The translations under genes and the position numbers were made by a program. The notes beneath the pieces were generated by a model. The model saw nothing but the letters and a program-made list of their open reading frames with translations, ran no database searches and was not told where the DNA came from. Positions 41,351-51,207 of a stretch of DNA of 64,000 nt are shown in pieces. Numbering within the stretch: position 1 is the stretch's first letter; each line of letters opens with the position of its first letter. Source of the stretch: an uncultured delta proteobacterium (GTDB lineage: Bacteria > Desulfobacterota > Desulfuromonadia > Desulfuromonadales > JACZKF01); assembly GCA_963816395.1 (NCBI GenBank), contig CAWFKQ010000007.1, positions 96,001 to 160,000 of the forward strand, written 5' to 3'.

Positions 41351-42737
41351 TGCCCCTCCGCCTGCCGGGAGGAGGAAACGACCTCCAGGTTGATCTGCTC
41401 CATCGGCAGCCCGACCAGACCAGTGATGACGCTGCTGGTGTGGGACTTGAGCATCAGGGCATCATGGATCCACTGGTGCTGGACATGCTCCTGCTGGGTA
41501 CCATCGGCCAGAGCCACGCAGACCGAATAGTCGCCGGCCGGCAGCACCGGCAGGCGGAAGCGGAAACGAGCCTCCACAATTTCCCCGGCGGCGGCGGCTA
41601 CGGGTCGATCGCGGTAGGGAAGAAAGGTGTTGTCGCCGAACAGGAACTGTCCCAGCCGGTCCTTGAAGTAAAAGCCGATGATCGGCCGGCGAAGATGTTC
41701 CCGGGCCTGGGCACGGATCACCAGGGTAACTTCCTCGCCGCCGACCATCCAGGCAAGCGGCTGCCTGCGCTCATCGAGCAGTTGCACCTCGACTATTTCC
41801 CCGCCGCCGAGGCCGAAGGCATTCCCACTCGGGTCGAATTCGAAGATTTCGATATCGTTGCGGAAAGCTGCTGCGGTTGAGATAGCGCTGCCGCTGATCG
41901 GTGCGTGCCTTGGCGGGCGTCCGCGCAGGAGCCTCCAGCGGCGGCTTTTTCCCCTGCTCCGCCTGCCCCGGCCGCGTTTCGAACAGGGTTGCCAGGTAGG
42001 CTTCGCAGACATCCTTGGCGCTGCCGGCCATGCGCATCCGCCCTTCTTCCAGCCACAGGGCGCGCCGGCACAAGTTGATGACCGCCGAGGTATCGTGGCT
42101 GACGAAAAGAAGGGAGCCGCGCTTCTGGAAATCGCGCAGAAAACGCATGCATTTCTGGGTGAAAAAGGCATCGCCGACCGCCAGGGCTTCATCGATCACC
42201 AGGATATCGGCGTCCACATGGGCAATGACGGCGAAAGCCAGCCGCACGTACATGCCGCTGGAGTAGGTTTTCACCGGCCGCTCGATAAACTCGCCGATTT
42301 CGGCGAAGGCGGCGATATCGGGGAAACGCCGGTCGATCTCGGCGCGCTCGAGACCGAGGATGCTGGCGCACATGTAGACGTTCTCCCGGCCGCTGAATTC
42401 CGGATTGAAGCCCGCTCCCAGTTCGAGCAGGGCGGCGACCCTCCCCTTGACCTTCACTTCCCCGGCGGTGGGCGCCAGGGTGCCGCAGATGAGCTGCAGC
42501 AGGGTCGATTTCCCCGATCCGTTGCGGCCGATGATCCCGACTGTTTCCCCCCGTTCCACCGTAAATTCGACGTCGCGCAGAGCCCAGAATTCCCGGCAAT
42601 AACTTCGGCCGCCACTTCTGGTGGCCCATGCCGGAAGGCGGGACAGCATCGCCTGCTTCAGCCGGTCCCGAGGCGAGGCGTACAGGCGGTAGCATTTGCT
42701 CAGGCCGCCTTAGGCGAATGGCCGGCTCACAGGACAT
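41347..42737 (-). CDS. wzt: Polysaccharide ABC exporter ATPase with C-terminal carbohydrate-binding domain (two frameshifts)
   Basis: GRNGSGKST, YSSGM..RLAFA, IDEALAVGD..F.QKC; Wzt_C-like tail. Confidence 0.92.
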
Positions 42738-43539
42738 CGGCGAACCCCTTGCGCAGTTTGCGAAAAACCATCAGCCCGAAAAACCCTGTCATAGCCCCGA
42801 ACAGTGCATAACCGCTCAGGGGCGCCCAGGCCGGTGCGGTCCCCCAGATCAGCACTCCACGAGCCTGCCCGATAATCAGGGCGAGAGGATTAAGCTGCAG
42901 GTAGGGACGCAGCCCTTCCGGCAGGGCCGAAAGGGGAAAGAAAATGGGGCTGACGAACATCAGGGCGGTGGTTACGATGCCAACCGTTTGCCCGACATCG
43001 CGCAGGTAAACGCCAAGAGAAGCGAGAAACCAGGAAATGCCGAGAGTCAGGAAAAGAAAAGGCACCAGGACGATCGGCAGGTACAGAGCTGTCGCCGGCA
43101 CCGAATGCTGAACGGCCACTTCGAAGAGCAGAAGTACTGCCAGGCTGACGAGGGCATGAAACAAGGCAGAGCCGGCAGCCACTAAAGGCAGGATTTCCAG
43201 GGGGAAAACCACTTTTTTCACCAGATTGGCATGTTCAAGGATGATTCCGGGCGAACGGTTCACCACCTCGGCGAAGAGGTTGAAGATGATGAGGCCGGCG
43301 AACAGGACAATGGCGAAGTTCGCCCGGTTCTCGTCTGCCGCCACCCCCCATTTGGCCCGAAATACGATGCTGAAGACGAAGGTATAGACAGCCAGCATCA
43401 GGACCGGATGGAAAAACGACCACAGCAGCCCGAGCACCGAGCCGCGATAGCGGCCGACCACTTCCCGCTTGGTCATCTGCCAGATGAGGTGACGGTGGCG
43501 CCAGAAACTTCCGGCCACTGCATCGAATCTGCTGCTCAT
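42727..43539 (-). CDS. wzm: Polysaccharide ABC exporter permease
   Basis: RYRGS.LG.LWS, VKKVVFP, LRD, NPL, GFADVL. Confidence 0.93.
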   Translation of the reverse strand: MSSRFDAVAGSFWRHRHLIWQMTKREVVGRYRGSVLGLLWSFFHPVLMLAVYTFVFSIVFRAKWGVAADENRANFAIVLFAGLIIFNLFAEVVNRSPGIILEHANLVKKVVFPLEILPLVAAGSALFHALVSLAVLLLFEVAVQHSVPATALYLPIVLVPFLFLTLGISWFLASLGVYLRDVGQTVGIVTTALMFVSPIFFPLSALPEGLRPYLQLNPLALIIGQARGVLIWGTAPAWAPLSGYALFGAMTGFFGLMVFRKLRKGFADVL

Positions 43540-43618
43540 CCGAGGTCTTCAGGGAAACAGGGCAAAGCGGACTCCACCTGCAGGGAGGGGACAGGCAAAA
43601 AGCGGACGTCGATGTAAA

Positions 43619-43646
43619 ATTATACAAAAATAATTTGTTTTTGCAA
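43619..43646 (-). promoter_or_regulatory. sigma70-type promoter upstream of wzm
   Basis: TTGCAA-N16-TATAAT in a very AT-rich patch. Confidence 0.6.
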
Positions 43647-43739
43647 ATTCTATTGAAGGAAAAACTTTAGGGGAGATGGCGGTGAAAGGTGGGGATTAAA
43701 CAAGGTTGGGAGATGCGAAAAATGCCGGAATGAATGAGC

Positions 43740-43772
43740 GGGTCAGGGTCAGGGTCAGGGTCAGGGTTAGGG
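43740..43772. repeat. (GGGTCA)4 GGGTTA GGG hexamer array, G-quadruplex motif
   Basis: Six GGG tracts with 3-nt loops; overlaps rmlC stop codon. Confidence 0.9.
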
Positions 43773-44312
43773 AAAGAGTTCGGCCATGCGGAATCGACAA
43801 CCCCGCTGGTCTTTTTCGGAGAGGCGCACCGCACCGGTCAGCGGCCAGTCGATACCCAGGTCGGGGTCGTTCCAGAGGATGCAGCGCTCATGTTCCGGGG
43901 CGTAGTAATCGGTCGTCTTGTAGAGAAATTCGGCCGCCTCGGAAAGAACCAGGAAGCCGTGACCGAACCCTTCCGGGACCCAGAGCTGCCGTTTGTTCTC
44001 GGCCGAGAGATGAACTCCGGTCCAACGCCCGAAGGTGGGGGAGGAGCGCCGCAGGTCCACCGCCACGTCGAACACCTCGCCGGCCGTGCAGCGCACCAGC
44101 TTTCCCTGCGGCTGGCGGATCTGGTAGTGCAGGCCGCGCAGGACGCCGCGGCCCGAGCGGGAATGGTTATCCTGCACGAAATGCACGGCAAGCCCAGTCG
44201 CCTCATGGAAGGCACGCTCGTTGTAGCTCTCGAAGAAGAAACCGCGGGCGTCGCCGAAGATTTTCGGTTCGAGGACCAGGACATCGGGGATGTCAGTTGG
44301 CAGTACGTTCAT
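43767..44312 (-). CDS. rmlC: dTDP-4-dehydrorhamnose 3,5-epimerase
   Basis: D.RGFF.E, QDNHSRS, LRGLHYQ, QGKLVR, GF.HGF. Confidence 0.96.
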   Translation of the reverse strand: MNVLPTDIPDVLVLEPKIFGDARGFFFESYNERAFHEATGLAVHFVQDNHSRSGRGVLRGLHYQIRQPQGKLVRCTAGEVFDVAVDLRRSSPTFGRWTGVHLSAENKRQLWVPEGFGHGFLVLSEAAEFLYKTTDYYAPEHERCILWNDPDLGIDWPLTGAVRLSEKDQRGCRFRMAELFP

Positions 44313-44329
44313 AGGAGCACGCAAAAGTA

Positions 44330-44449
44330 TATTCGTGACGAGTGATTGTTTGGCTCAGCTGAAACGCGATAGAAGGAGTTTATTCGTGGCGAGGGACGAG
44401 AAAACCACAAAAGGTTTCCGCGTTCCTCGTCACGCGTCCCGCGCCCCTC
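44330..44449. repeat. Head-to-head heptamer array (GAGKGAC / CGCGTCC family)
   Basis: TATTCGTGACGAGTGA and TATTCGTGGCGAGGGA direct copies; CCGCGTT CCTCGTC ACGCGTC CCGCGCC on the other arm. Confidence 0.75.
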
Positions 44450-44450
44450 C

Positions 44451-45341
44451 TTACAATCCCACCCCGTCCCGCAGCACCATCTCCAGGTACTCCCGGTAGC
44501 TCGAGCGGGGAGTCTCCTCGACCACGCGCTGCATCTGCGCCCGGTCGATGTACCCCAAGCGGAAGGCGATCTCCTCCAGGCAGGCGATCTTGAGCCCCTG
44601 GCGCGCTTCCAGGGTGCCGATAAAATGGCTGGCTTCGAGCAGACTCATGTGGGTGCCGGTGTCGAGCCAGGCGATGCCGCGGCCGAGCCTTTCCACCAGC
44701 AGTTCGCCGCGCTGCAGATAGGCCAGATTGAGATCGGTGATCTCGAGCTCTCCGCGCGCCGAAGGGCGCAGCCCGCGGGTCATCTCCACCACCTTGTGGT
44801 CGTACAGGTAGAGGCCGGGAATGGCGTAATGGGATTTCGGCTGCTTCGGCTTCTCCTCAATGCTGAGAACCTTCCCCTGCGGATCGAACTCCACCACCCC
44901 GTAGCGTTCCGGGTCGGTCACCGGGTAACCGAAGATGCGGGCGCCGCCGTCGAAATTCCGCATGATCGAGTCCAGTCCCAGCTTGCCGTAAAAGACATTG
45001 TCGCCAAGGATCAGGCAGACCGGATCGCCCGCGAGAAAGGACTCCCCCACCAGGAACGCCTGGGCGATTCCCTTCGGTTCCGGCTGGACGGCGTAAGAGA
45101 GGCGCAGCCCCCAGCGCCGTCCGTCTCCCAGCAGGTCCCGAAAGCGGGGGGTGTCCTGGGGCGTGGAGATGATGAGGATCTCGCGAATCCCCGCCATCAT
45201 CAGGGTGGCCAGGGGATAATAGATCATCGGTTTGTCATAGACCGGCTGCAGCTGTTTGCTCGCCACCTGGGTCAGGGGATAGAGCCGGGTGCCGGCGCCG
45301 CCGGCCAGGATGATGCCCTTACGAATGCCACTCACCTGCAT
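44451..45341 (-). CDS. rmlA: Glucose-1-phosphate thymidylyltransferase
   Basis: [46 protein letters not shown]. Confidence 0.97.
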   Translation of the reverse strand: MQVSGIRKGIILAGGAGTRLYPLTQVASKQLQPVYDKPMIYYPLATLMMAGIREILIISTPQDTPRFRDLLGDGRRWGLRLSYAVQPEPKGIAQAFLVGESFLAGDPVCLILGDNVFYGKLGLDSIMRNFDGGARIFGYPVTDPERYGVVEFDPQGKVLSIEEKPKQPKSHYAIPGLYLYDHKVVEMTRGLRPSARGELEITDLNLAYLQRGELLVERLGRGIAWLDTGTHMSLLEASHFIGTLEARQGLKIACLEEIAFRLGYIDRAQMQRVVEETPRSSYREYLEMVLRDGVGL

Positions 45342-45350
45342 ACCTCCGTG

Positions 45351-46276
45351 TCAGCGGGCAGCCGGGCGACCGGCGAAGTAATGCGCCAGACTCTCCCGCC
45401 ACTCCGGAATGGCCAGGCCTGTCGCCCGAACCAGCTTCTCTTTGGAAAAAACGGAATACCGCGGCCGGGGGGCCGGCAAAGGGTACTCCTCGGTGGCGAT
45501 CGGCCGGATATCCCGGACCTTTACCACCCTCCCCTGTCGACGCAGTTGCTCTACGATTTCCCTGGCGAACTCGTGCCAGCTGCAGACCCCGGTATTGGAA
45601 AAATGATAGATACCGTAAGGCCCGGCGCGCGGGACGCGGGACGCGGGCTGCGGGAGAGCAAGAAGATGGAAGATCGCCTGCGCCAGATCGCGGGTGTAGG
45701 TGGGGGAGCCCACCTGGTCGGCGATGATGCGCAGTTCCTCCCGCTCGCCGGCGAGGCGGACGATCGTCTCGACGAAGTTCTTTCCCGCCGGTCCGTACAG
45801 CCAGCTGGTGCGGACGATGAAGAAGCGCTCCAGGCCGGAGGCGAGAATCGCCTCTTCCCCCCGGAGCTTGCTGCGGCCGTAGGCGGAGAGCGGGTTGGGA
45901 GAATCGTCTTCGGTATAGGGAGTCTCTTTCCGACCGTCGAAGACATAATCGGTGGAGATATGGACCAGAGCGGCGCCGGTCTCGCGCGCCGCCTCGGCGA
46001 GATGACCGGGACCGTGACCGTTCACCCGGGTGGCGAGTTCTTCGTTGGTCTCGCAGCCGTCCACGTCGGTATAGGCGGCGCAGTTGAGGATGATCTCCGG
46101 CCGCTGCTCTCCCAGAATGCGCAGGACCCGCTCGCGGTCGGTGAGGTCGAAATCGGGGAGGTCGAAAGGATATATTTCCCACACTTTCGGTGCCAGAGAC
46201 CGCACCATATGCGCCAGCATGCCATTGGCGCCGATGAGCGCTACGCGTTTTCCGTCTTTGGATGATTTTTAGTCAT
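45351..46276 (-). CDS. rmlD: dTDP-4-dehydrorhamnose reductase (frameshift in A5 run just after the start)
   Basis: Upstream frame gives KRVALIGANGML; NCAAYTDVD, ISTDYVFDG, YGRSK. Confidence 0.94.
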
Positions 46277-46308
46277 TTCAGATCTTCACTTCAAAGAAAT
46301 TCAAAGCC

Positions 46309-46419
46309 TTCACCACTGAGAGCATCGAGAACACTGAGAAAAACAAGAGCAAATCTTCTTTTGATTTTCTCATGCAGTTCTCAGTTTTCTCTAGTGAGCG
46401 CAGCGAACGGGTGGTTCAA
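46309..46419. repeat. Palindromic element built from about 9-nt CACTGAGA(A/G) units
   Basis: GAGAACACTGAGAA (46327-46340) pairs 13/14 with TTCTCAGTTTTCTC (46378-46391); outer ACCAC...GTGGT. Confidence 0.7.
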
Positions 46420-46437
46420 GACTACTGATTGGTTTGG

Positions 46438-47519
46438 TCAACCTTGCGCACTCAACCGCCCGCCGTACATCTTTTCGTAATATTCTCGATAGTCGCCGCT
46501 GCGTACCGTGGCGACCCATTCGGGATTCTCCAGATACCAGGCGATGGTCCGACGGATTCCCTCCTCGAAGGTGACGGCAGGACGCCAGGCCAGTTCTTCC
46601 CGGATCTTGGAGGCATCGATGGCGTAGCGACGGTCATGCCCCGGGCGGTCCTTGACGAAGCGGATCAGATCGGTGCGCGGCCGCCCGCCGGGAAGCCGCC
46701 CGACCTGTGCGTCGAGGAGATCGCAGATGGTGCGAACCACTTCGATATTCTGTTTTTCGTTGTTGCCGCCGATGTTGTAGGTCTCCCCCGCCCGCCCCTT
46801 CTCCAGCACGGTCAGAATCGCCTGGCAGTGGTCCACCACGTAGAGCCAGTCGCGCACGTTTTTGCCGTCGCCGTAGACCGGCAGGTCCTTCCCCTCCAGG
46901 GCATTGCCGATGATCAGCGGGATCAGTTTCTCCGGGAAATGGTAGGGACCGTAGTTGTTGGAGCAGTTGGTGATCAGGGTGGGCAGTCCGTAGGTGTGGA
47001 AATAGGCGCTGACCAGGTGATCGGAGGCCGCTTTGCTGGCCGAGTAGGGGGAGCGGGGGTCGTAACCGGTTGTTTCGGTGAAGAAGCCGCTCTCCCCCAG
47101 GGAACCGTAGACCTCGTCGGTGGAGACGTGGAGGAAACCGGAACGCGGAATTTCCCTCGCCCACCGCCCAGGCGGCCCGGGCGGCCTCCAGCAGGGTGAA
47201 CGTGCCGAGGACGTTGGTCCGCACGAACTCGGCCGGCCCGGTGATGCTGCGATCGACATGCGATTCGGCGGCAAAATGGACGACCGAGTCGATCCGTTCC
47301 TCCAAAATGAAGCTGCGCCACCAGGGCGGCATCGCAGATATCTCCGCGCACGAAGCGATAGCGCGGGTCCTGTTCGATGTCGGCGAGGTTGCGCAGATTG
47401 CCGGCGTAGGTCAGTTTGTCCAGATTGACCAGGCGGCAGTCAGGAAGCTGCTGCAGGGCCAGCCGTACGAAGTTGGAGCCGATGAAGCCGCAGCCGCCGG
47501 TAACCAGAATTCTTTTCAT
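46438..47519 (-). CDS. rmlB: dTDP-glucose 4,6-dehydratase (two or more frameshifts)
   Basis: [52 protein letters not shown]. Confidence 0.95.
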
Positions 47520-47543
47520 TCCCTTCCTCAACTCCAGGCAAGC

Positions 47544-47573
47544 GAGTGACAAATGACAGACAACAAAGGACGA
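47544..47573. repeat. Heptamer tandem array
   Basis: GAGTGAC AAATGAC AGACAAC AAAGGAC GA. Confidence 0.65.
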
Positions 47574-47577
47574 TTTT

Positions 47578-48894
47578 TCATAGATTCCAGTACAGCAGGC
47601 CTTCCGCCTCGACCTCGTCGCGCCGGAGGATCGATTTGACATCCATCACCACCCCTTTGCCGTTGCCGTTGCAGCAGATTCGCTTCAGGCGGGCGGGGGT
47701 ATAGGTCTTAAAAGCATCATGGGCCACCGCCCAGACGATGGCATCGAAATCGCCGGCACTTTCCGGAGTCACCAGGTCGAGTCCGTACTCGTGCCGCGCC
47801 TCGGCCGGATCGGCGAGAGGATCGCAAACAACCGCCTCCACCTCATATTCCCTCAGCTCCCGGACGATGTCGATGACTTTGCTGTTGCGGATATCGGGCA
47901 CATTTTCCTTGAAGGTGAGCCCAAGGATGAGCACCCGCGAGCCCTTCACCGCTTTGTCCGCCTGGATCAGCTTTTTCACCGCCATCTCCGCCACGTACTT
48001 TCCCATGCCGTCGTTGATCCGCCGGCCGGAAAGAATGACCTGGGGATGATAGCCGATCTCCTCGGCCTTGTAGGTCAGGTAATAAGGATCGACGCCGATG
48101 CAGTGGCCACCGACCAGACCGGGGGTGAAGCGCAGAAAATTCCACTTGGTGCCGGCCGCCGCCAGAACCTCCCCGGTATCGATCCCGAGGCGGTTGAAGA
48201 TGATCGCCAGCTCGTTCATCAGGGCGATGTTCAGATCGCGCTGGGTGTTCTCGATCACCTTGGCCGCTTCCGCCACCTTGATCGAGGAGGCTCGGTAGAC
48301 GCCGGCGCCAATGATCATCTCGTACACCCGGGCCACCGTTTCCAGGGTTTCGGCATCCTGCCCGGAGACGACCTTGACGATTTTGTCGACGGTATGCACC
48401 TTGTCCCCCGGGTTGATGCGCTCGGGGGAGTAGCCGACCTTGAAATCGCGCCCGCATTTCAGCCCCGACTCGGCTTCCAGCAGGGGAACGCAGATCTCCT
48501 CGGTGACCCCGGGATAGACTGTCGATTCGTAGACGATAATGGCCCCTTCGGCCAGATGCCGGCCGATGGTGCGGGTGGCGGCGATCACCGGCGTCAGATC
48601 GGGGGTACGGTGCTGGTCGATGGGGGTGGGGACGGTGACGATGAGAAACGCGGCTTCCCGCAGCCGGGCGGCATCGCCCGTGTATTCGATGCAGGTGGCG
48701 GCCAGATCACGGGCGGAGAGTTCGCCGGTGGCATCATGCCCGCGCTGCAGTTCGCGAATCTTCTTTTCGCTGATATCAAAGCCGATGACCTCGGCCTGCC
48801 TGCCGAACGCCGCCGCCAGCGGCAGACCGACATAACCCAGTCCGACCACTGCAATCTTCGCCTTCCCCGCCCGTATTTTCTCGACCGTCAGCAT
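47578..48894 (-). CDS. UDP-N-acetylhexosamine 6-dehydrogenase (WbpO/TviB-like)
   Basis: [48 protein letters not shown]. Confidence 0.92.
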   Translation of the reverse strand: MLTVEKIRAGKAKIAVVGLGYVGLPLAAAFGRQAEVIGFDISEKKIRELQRGHDATGELSARDLAATCIEYTGDAARLREAAFLIVTVPTPIDQHRTPDLTPVIAATRTIGRHLAEGAIIVYESTVYPGVTEEICVPLLEAESGLKCGRDFKVGYSPERINPGDKVHTVDKIVKVVSGQDAETLETVARVYEMIIGAGVYRASSIKVAEAAKVIENTQRDLNIALMNELAIIFNRLGIDTGEVLAAAGTKWNFLRFTPGLVGGHCIGVDPYYLTYKAEEIGYHPQVILSGRRINDGMGKYVAEMAVKKLIQADKAVKGSRVLILGLTFKENVPDIRNSKVIDIVRELREYEVEAVVCDPLADPAEARHEYGLDLVTPESAGDFDAIVWAVAHDAFKTYTPARLKRICCNGNGKGVVMDVKSILRRDEVEAEGLLYWNL

Positions 48895-48984
48895 CGGTTC
48901 CCCCTGGCAATGATTTGAAAACGACCCTCGATCTTCGCCTGTCGAAGACCTCCAGGGCCGCCCTGATCCTTCTTGCAGCTATTA

Positions 48985-49626
48985 TTAAATAGCACTAAAT
49001 GAAAACTCCGACAGATTACCACAGGCCGGTTCCCTGGTCAAATCCCTTCCTCTCCCCGGCATCTCCGGCGCCCGGAGAATGAAGCCGGCAGCCTGGCGCA
49101 GATCGCTGAAGCGGCGGACCTGCGGATCGATGCGGGGACTTTCGTCTTCTCCGTAGCCGGTCATGACCAGCAGGGAGGTGCAGCCGGCCCGTTCCCCGGC
49201 CTCGATATCCGCCGCCTTATCGCCCACCATGAAGGAGTTCGCCAAGTCGATCCGATGCTCCGCCGCCGCCCGCAGGAGCATTCCCGGCCGCCCTTTGCGG
49301 CAGTCGCAGTCGACCCGGTACTCTCCGGTTCCCTCCCATGGATGATGGGGACAGATGTAGAAGTCATCGATGGTGGTGCCGAACCGGACCAACTCCGCCT
49401 GCAGGTGGCGATGCAGGGTTTCCACCGCCGCCAGCGGGTAAAACCCCCGCGCTACCCCTGACTGGTTGGTGACGACAATGACCAGAAAACCCGCCTCCTT
49501 CATCTGGCGGATCGCTTCCGGGGCCCCGGGGATGAAAGCGAAATCCTCGATCCGGTGCAGGTACTCCCGCTCCGTGTTGATGGTCCCGTCGCGGTCGAGG
49601 AAGACCGCCCGACGCAAGCCGGCCAT
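48985..49626 (-). CDS. gmhB: D-glycero-D-manno-heptose 1,7-bisphosphate phosphatase
   Basis: FLDRDGTIN, VTNQSG.ARG, CPHHP, CDCRK, MVGD. Confidence 0.94.
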   Translation of the reverse strand: MAGLRRAVFLDRDGTINTEREYLHRIEDFAFIPGAPEAIRQMKEAGFLVIVVTNQSGVARGFYPLAAVETLHRHLQAELVRFGTTIDDFYICPHHPWEGTGEYRVDCDCRKGRPGMLLRAAAEHRIDLANSFMVGDKAADIEAGERAGCTSLLVMTGYGEDESPRIDPQVRRFSDLRQAAGFILRAPEMPGRGRDLTREPACGNLSEFSFSAI

Positions 49627-49627
49627 A

Positions 49628-51098
49628 CTACAGTTCCTCATAGGCCTGAAGAATTTTGTCGATGATACCGGTGGTCGATTTGCCATCGACAAACCGGATC
49701 AGTTCCACCCGGCCGCCCCAGCTCTCCACCTGTTCCTTCCCCACCACGCCCTCAGGGGTGTAATCGCCCCCTTTGACCAGGATGTGCGGACGTAAGGCGC
49801 GGATTAGCTCCAGGGGGGTGTCCTCCTCGAACGGCACCACATAGTCGACGCAGTTCAGGGCGGCCAGGATATGGGCCCGTTCCTCCTCGCCGATCAGCGG
49901 TCGCTTCGGTCCCTTCAGGCGGCGCACCGAGGCATCGGAATTCAGCCCCAGCACCAGCAGGTCGCCCAACTGCCGGGCCTTCTGCAGGTATTTCACATGG
50001 CCGACGTGCAGCAGGTCGAAGCAGCCGTTGGTGAAGACCACGGTGCGCCCGCGCCGCCGCTCTCCCTCCAGGAGAACGGCCAGAGCCTCCCGGTGCATGA
50101 TCTTACGGTCGCCATCGTGCTCCAGGTGGGCGGCCGCCAGCAGCTCTTCTCCGGCAACGGTGGAGGTTCCCACCTTCCCTACCACAATCCCCGCCGCCAG
50201 GTTGGCGAGACCGGCCGCTTTCGCCAGGGACAGGCCGCAGGCGAGGCCAAGGCCAAGAAAGGAAATGACGGTATCACCGGCGCCGGTAACGTCGAAAACC
50301 TCACGCGCCCTGGTCGGCAGATGTTCCTCCCGCCCATCGCGGAAAAACAGGGTCATGCCTTCCTCGCTGCGGGTCAGCACCAGCGCCTCCAGCTCCAGTT
50401 CGCTGCACAAGTTTGCGGCCGGCGCGCAGGAGGGAATCCTCATCGACGATGGCAATCCCGGCGGCGCTCTGGGCTTCCCGGCGGTTGGGGGTGAGCACCG
50501 TAGCGCCCCGATATTTGCCGTAATCATCCCCCTTGGGATCGATCACCACCGGAACGCCGGCGCTGCGACCGGCGGCAATGACCGCGGCCAGCAGACCCGG
50601 GGTCAGCACCCCCTTGAGGTAGTCGGAGACCAGGATCACCTGCACTTCGGCGATCACCTGCCGCACCCGGTCGACCAGCCGCGCCTCCAGTTCCGCCCCG
50701 ATCGGTTCGCGGCTTTCCCGGTCGAAACGCAGCATCTGCTGATTGCTGGCGAGAATACGGGTTTTGCGGCTGGTGGTCCGCTGCTGGTCGCAGAGCAGCC
50801 CGGCCGTGTCCACCCCCTGCCGGTTCAGCATCCGCTGCAGACGCCGGCTGTCTTCGTCCTCCCCAAGAACGCTGGCCACCAGGACACCGCAGCCGAGAGC
50901 CGTCAGGTTGTTGACAACGTTGCCGGCCCCGCCCAGACGCAGGTCCTCCCGGGTGATCTCCACCACCTGCACCGGCGCCTCGGGAGAAATGCGTTCGGCC
51001 TTCCCCCAGAGATACTCATCCAGCATAAGATCGCCGATGACCAGCGCCTTGATTCCCGACAGGCGGGAGAGAAAATTTTCGATGTCGATACGGTTCAT
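49628..51098 (-). CDS. hldE: Bifunctional heptose kinase/adenylyltransferase (frameshift near 50410)
   Basis: [45 protein letters not shown]. Confidence 0.95.
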
Positions 51099-51148
51099 AA
51101 GATGGATCCAAATAGCTGGTGATGGCTAAAATTCGGCGGCCGCGTCCC

Positions 51149-51187
51149 GATCCGACTGATCGGACCGATCGGACGATCTCGATCCGA
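51149..51187. repeat. GATC-containing nonamer array
   Basis: GATCCGACT GATCGGACC GATCGGAC GATCTC GATCCGA. Confidence 0.7.
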
Positions 51188-51207
51188 GGCGGCCGGAACC
51201 GTGCGCC

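Noticed and set aside
43706..44345. Plus-strand ORFs starting RVRVRV or SGSGSG
   Set aside because: Artefacts of reading through the GGGTCA array, antisense to rmlC.
44625..51122. Long plus-strand ORFs opposite rmlA/rmlD, the dehydrogenase and hldE
   Set aside because: Antisense shadows of well-identified genes.
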